From contig MU057887.1 in the NCBI GenBank assembly GCA_013265495.1, forward strand, positions 1,625,985-1,689,984: DNA of 64,000 nt, in the 5' to 3' direction. This document shows, one piece after another, positions 59,251 through 64,000 of the stretch (position 1 is its first letter; each line of letters begins with the position of its first letter). A program made the translations under genes and the position numbers. The DNA is from Vicugna vicugna. Taxonomy: Eukaryota. The notes beneath the pieces are model-generated. The model made no database searches and was not told the origin of the DNA. It was given only the letters and a program-made list of their open reading frames with translations.

Positions 59251-60079
59251 GTTGACTTCTGCTTTGACTCGTGGAGGATTAACTGCCAAAGGAATCGCTC
59301 TCCTGTTGTAACAGCTGGAAGACTGCACCAGGTTTGTGAAACAGCTGCCTTTGGACCGCGTAGAGCAGGCAATGCGGGACCCTGAGCCCCGCGAGAAGGG
59401 GACAAACGGGGTGAGCTTCGCATTCGCTCCCGTGTACAGTGGGAGACGGTTTGCAGGCCGCAGCACAGGGAGGGGACCGGGGACTGGAGTCCAGAAAGCA
59501 GGAAGAGGGTTCCAGAGGCCGAGACAGAATGCATGGAATAGGACGCTGCAGAGCAGGGAGCTACCAGAGGTAGAGCCCGGGTGTCTGCAGAGGGTCCCTC
59601 CCAGTCCTTGGCGGGTGCTGATCTGTCACAGGTGGGGTGACATTCCATGCACCAGGGGAAGAGTCAGTGGAACAACACCTGGAGCCGCCGTGGTGCTGGC
59701 CGTGGGGTGTAGCTGGCCATTGCTCTCTGCAGCTCCCTGGGACTGGAAGGTCACTGTCTCGTGGCTGAACGTGGGAGAAACCCTGTGTGAGCTGAGTGTG
59801 GGGCAGCGTCTGCAGGAGCCTATGTGGCAGGCACAGGGGGACCTGGGCCAGAGCAGCCCCCCTTCTGTCCCCCTTCACTCTGCTGAGACGGAGGACTTCC
59901 TGCCAGCTGGCCAAGCAGAAATACTTCCGGGGCCCAGGTCCATCACCACAGAGGCAATAAATTGCTAACTGGCACAACTGGCATTCAAAAAAAAAAAAAA
60001 AGAAAAAAAAAGAGGCACGTAAGGAGCCGGGAAGATGTGACCCAGGATCAGAAGGAAGGTCAACCATAGAAGCAGACCC

Positions 60080-60620
60080 ACAGATCAGCAACAAAAACAT
60101 GAGCAGCCCAATCAAAAGCTGGGCGGAGGATTTCAGTGCAAACTTCACAGAAGGGATGGAAGTGGCCGGTGAGCACGTGGAAGTCTGTTCAACTGCAGCA
60201 TCATTAGTCATCGCGGAACGGCTAGTTAACTCGTAATGAGATGCCATCTAACACTGAGTAGAATGGCTAAATTGAAAGTCCGACAAACACTAAAATTGGA
60301 CCAGGATGTGGGAGCGGTGAAACTCTCACACGTTAATGGTGGGAGCTGTAAAATGGTACAACCACTTTGAAGGACCATAGGGCAGTTTTTTTTTTTTTTA
60401 ACATTTTTTAAATTGAGTTACAGTCATTTTACAATGTTGTGTCAAATCATAGGGCAGTTTTTTAATGAAGTTAAGCATGAACTTAGCATGAGCCAGCAGT
60501 CCCACGACTTCCTGTTTGCCTAATGGAGATAGAAGCATAGCCTCGTGCAGCAGTGTGCACAGGAGCGCTCACGGCAGCTTGCCACGGAGGGAGAGCTTGC
60601 CAGGAGCCCAGATGTCTCTG
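60080..60620 (+). mobile_element. L1 ORF2 3' fragment (older host element)
   Basis: CCCAATCAAAAGCTGGGC...CATCATTAGTCATC...AGAATGGCTAAA...TGTAAAATGGTACAACCACTTTGAA. Confidence 0.75.
60391..60447 (-). mobile_element. Ultra-short (about 57 bp) young L1 3' tip with TSD
   Basis: TSD CATAGGGCAGTTTTT at 60376-60390 and 60448-60462; the insert matches the 3' tip of the element starting at 60871. Confidence 0.9.
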
Positions 60621-60870
60621 GACAGGCGATCTCTTCACCTTGGTTTTGCTCTTGCAACCCTACTGTCTTAATTGCTGTGGCTCTGGGGTGCGTTTCCTTG
60701 TGTGTGAAGGCAAGTTCTTGTACATTACTCTTTTTGGAGATTTTATGGGCTGTTCTTATGCACTTGCTCTTCCAGACGATCCTTGGGTCAGCTCACTAAG
60801 TTTCAGAACACATACAGTGAAGCCTTTTGGAATTTTGATTGGCTTTGCATTGAACGTGAAGATTTTTTTT

Positions 60871-61107
60871 AACATTTTTTATTGATTTATAATCATTTTA
60901 CAATGTTGTGTCAAATTCCAGTGTTCAGCACAATTTTTCAGTCATTCATGGACATATACACACTCATTGTCACATTTTTTTCTCTGTGATTTATCATAAC
61001 ATTTTGTGTATATTTCCCTGTGCTATACAGTGTAATCTTGTTTATCTATTCTACAATTTTGAAATCCCAGTCTATCCCTATTGTCGGTTTTTTATGCTGA
61101 GTAGTAT
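60871..61107 (-). mobile_element. Young (camelid-type) L1 3' end
   Basis: AACATTTTTTATTGATTTATAATCATTTTACAATGTTGTGTCAAATTCCAGTG...TTTCCCTGTGCTATACAG; candidate TSD AAGATTTTTTTT at 60859 and 61108. Confidence 0.8.
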
Positions 61108-61249
61108 AAGATTTTTTTTTTAATTGATGAACTTGAGCATTTTTGTAGGCGATGGTGACGGCGTTGTGATTTTGAGTCTTAGCTCTACTGATACATCGTT
61201 TGTGTCTTCTTGCTTTTGTGGCCTAACTATCTCTTTGCTCATTGTTCCT

Positions 61250-61680
61250 CTTTCACTGTCACCATCCTAGCCACCACGACCTCTGCACTGGGCTTCGTAA
61301 GTAGCCCATGAAGTGGTCTCCTTGTGCCCACTGGCCTCCCAATCTGTTTTGCACGCTGTGGTCAAGGCTTTGCATTAGCTGTTCCCGGGTTAGAATTTTC
61401 CCGCTCCAGCCCCCTCGTCACTCAGTTAATTCTTCCTCATCTGTAGGTCTTACTTCAGTTGTCACGTCCCCAAGGAACCCTTCCCAAGTAGGTAAACCTT
61501 TCCACTTAGGATTCATTGCCCTCCTTACCTCTTCTAAGCACTTGGTCCGGTTGTAAGTTTACACTTGCTGCTTCCTAGGAGCAGAGAGTGAGTCCTCTGA
61601 GCAGGGGGGGCTTTGTAATTCCCGTACCCCTGGCCTAGTGCCCGCCCGGAGGACGTGCTCCTTGAATGCTTGTTCATGTC
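61250..61680 (+). mobile_element. L2 fragment
   Basis: CACTGTCACCATCCTAGCCACCAC...GGCCTAGTGCCCGCCCGGAGGACGTGCTCCTTGAATGCTTGTTCATG. Confidence 0.55.
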
Positions 61681-62499
61681 GGTGAGCTTGGTGTTTTCCT
61701 CTGTTTCTTTACGTCTTTATGTAAAACCCTGTGGTTTTCTGCGTATGGTATTGTGCATTTCTTATTAAGCTTGTGCCTCTAGTATTTTCTGTTTATGCTT
61801 TTGTCAGTAGAGAAAAACTATTGGTTTTTGACTCTTGTGTCTGCCATCTTGCCAAGCACAGAACCCTGGTTCCTGCCTGTCTCCTGGTACTTCCTGCCTC
61901 CCCCTGCTGGCCTTGTCCTCAGGCTGGTCAGTTGCTGGGTGACGGCAGCAGCTCCAGCCTCACATCTGACCCTAGCAACCTTCAAAGGAAGCAAAAGAGG
62001 GTGGCCTCCAAAGGATTACCCAGCAGCAGCGAGGAGCCTCCTCAGAGCCCCCAGCTAACTTGCCCTGCCTGCTCAGTGGCTCAACTAGGGTCCCAGGGCC
62101 ACTGGTGAGGGCGTGCCTTAGCTCTGCACCTGCCAGCCAGCCCTGACTTTGCAGTGGTGTGAGTGGGGTCAGCTTCCCCTGGGCGGCTGGGGGAGGTGTG
62201 GTCACTGTGCACAGCCAGGATTCTTCTAGAGAGGTGGAAGGGGGAATGGGCCCTGGGTGGAAGTCTACACCGAACGTCTGTGAGAATGGTCCTGTGGCTT
62301 TTCCCATCGACCCCTTCAACACCTTAATAAAGTTACAGGGGTTCCTGGTGTGGGACCATCCTTTCATTCCTGGAGTGAATTCGACTCACGTCTCCTAGTC
62401 TGTGGACACCCAGCTGTGTTGTGATCGGCTAAGATTTTATTTTGGGCCTTTTTGTCTGTGAGATTTGTCTGTGTTTCAAGAAGCCCTTTTAGTAATGGG

Positions 62500-62680
62500 G
62501 GTTAATGGAGCGGGGAGACTCTGGGATAGGAAGGTCACTTAGTTCCTGTGCCACCACGGCCGAGTCACCTAACTTCTCTGAGGTGGTTCCTCCTCCACTC
62601 ATTAGGGTCACAGCCCTAATTAGCTCGAGCTGTTTTGAGGATCGAATGATATACATGGAAGCTCCTTTTGCGCACTAAAG
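62500..62680. mobile_element. MIR fragment
   Basis: GAGTCACCTAACTTCTCTGAG...CTGTTTTGAGGATCGAATGATATACATGGAAGC. Confidence 0.55.
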
Positions 62681-63923
62681 CTCACACCGAGTCGGTACTT
62701 TGTCTCAGACTACAGATTTCAGATACCATTTTTGTGGTTTCTTTCATGATGAGAGAGGCGCAGAGAACATTAACGGCCGAGGTGGCTGTCGGCTTTCTTC
62801 ATAAACAATAATCAGAAAGCCAGGCTTGCGTGGCAGGAGAGGCCCCGGGAAGACGACTGGTAAACACGGCGTTATTGCTGTTCGGATATGAGGTTCCTGC
62901 TTTTCATAATACCCTTAGGGAGCGGGGCAGATCTGATGCTTTCTGAGATTGCTGTAAAATGCAGGCTATTGCCCGCGCCGGCACCCAGTTACGCTGCACT
63001 CACCTTACTGAGACTGCTGTAATTGGAGGCAGATTAGGTGTCAGGACTGTGTGTTTGGTTGATAATGTTACCGACGTCTTCTCTTTAATCACTTCTTTTA
63101 CTCCTAGTGTTAATCATTAGCTCTGAGCTGTTGGGGGAGGAACCTGACGGTGGATCCCTAACTTGAAGACAAAATTACTTCCATTTCCTGGGGATGACTG
63201 AGTGTCACATACCTACACACTGGAGTGGGTTCTCTAGCCATTCAGGGCGTGTGATGGAGACATGTGGGGAGACCCAGAAGGTCTCAGGGGCCCAGGCCCT
63301 GTCACCCCCGTCCAGGCCCCCCGTCCCTGGCCAGTCCTGCCCTCCGCGGCCCTCCCACGGTTTGTAGGTTTGTAGGCAGCGGTGACTTGTACACGTTGGT
63401 GTGCACTGAACCTTCACTGTCCTCGGTGTGTGTACTGTGGCTGCATCCTTAATCAGCGCTGTGCAGACAAGTGCACCCCCACGAGAGCGGGTGCTGCTCA
63501 GGACCAAGCCTGAGAGAGGCCCCTCCCTCCTTAATCAGCGAGCGAGCGGTGGCGGGATGACAGGAAGGAAACGCGTTAAGGGGTTAAGCTGGGGGAGAGG
63601 GCGCGCGGGAGAGACAGAAGGAAGTGGCTGGGGAGAAAGGAGAGATGAAGGGGCCTCCCCTGTCCCAGGGGCTCTGGGACACTTGGGTGCATTTGGTGAA
63701 CAAGTGCCAAGACTTAGGTAGCTTTGTCTGAATAGAGCGGTCGCTTCACTCCTCTCCTCTATTGAGAACAATCCGTACCTGAAATTGTTACCACTTAGGT
63801 TCATTCTGCTTTCATTTCTGGGGCTCCTTGTCCCCTAGTATCCCTGGGGGAGGATGTTACAACACTGGGAGGGTTTACTCACTGTTTGTAAACCCTGTTT
63901 TTCTGTCTCTTTTCTGTCCACAG

Positions 63924-63994
63924 AAGAATTGCGGAGGTTGAGCTGGTCCGGAATCCCAAAGCCGGTGCGCCCCATCACGTGGAAGCTGCTCTCA
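63924..63994 (+). CDS. TBC1D22A: TBC1D22A coding exon 5 (71 nt; EELRRLSWSGIPKPVRPITWKLLS), start of the TBC/Rab-GAP domain
   Basis: Long pyrimidine tract plus CAG at 63921-63923; donor GTAAGT at 63995-64000. Phase 1 joins exon 4 (G|AA = Glu). GIPxxVRPxxWKLL is the TBC-domain N-terminal motif. Confidence 0.96.
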
Positions 63995-64000
63995 GTAAGT

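Larger units (their letters stand above)
12602..63923 (+). other. TBC1D22A: TBC1D22A intron 4 (51,322 nt)
   Basis: GT..AG bounded; the peptide is continuous across it (HTDL|EELRRL); no intervening coding exon recognised. Confidence 0.9.

Overview
Mammalian, GC-rich genomic DNA, probably a camelid (Camelus or Vicugna). The basis is four tRNA-Ala-derived Vic-1-like SINEs and artiodactyl-type L1 3' ends, with no Alu, B1/B2, Bov-tA, PRE-1 or CAN SINEs seen. The whole window lies inside TBC1D22A (a Rab-GAP, + strand). It contains the end of intron 1, coding exons 2 (9050-9106), 3 (9911-10251) and 4 (12419-12601), a 51,322-nt intron 4, and exon 5 (63924-63994). All splice sites are GT-AG and phase-compatible. 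The rest is intronic: L1, L2, MIR, MaLR/ERV LTR and DNA-transposon relics, microsatellites and one 84-N assembly gap. I see no new protein-coding system; the long ORFs in the track are GC-rich or repeat-derived. The most interesting signals are (i) sharply localised AT-to-GC rewriting of repeat copies, suggesting GC-biased gene conversion hotspots, (ii) one target site apparently hit three times by retrotransposons, (iii) an antisense solo LTR with an intact CCAAT/octamer/TATA layout, (iv) a 32-bp-period repeat with an invariant core, and (v) several AT-rich, motif-dense enhancer-like islands. Repeat family names and comparisons to the human orthologue come from memory of consensus sequences, not from a search. 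Repeat boundaries are approximate unless target-site duplications (TSDs) are given.
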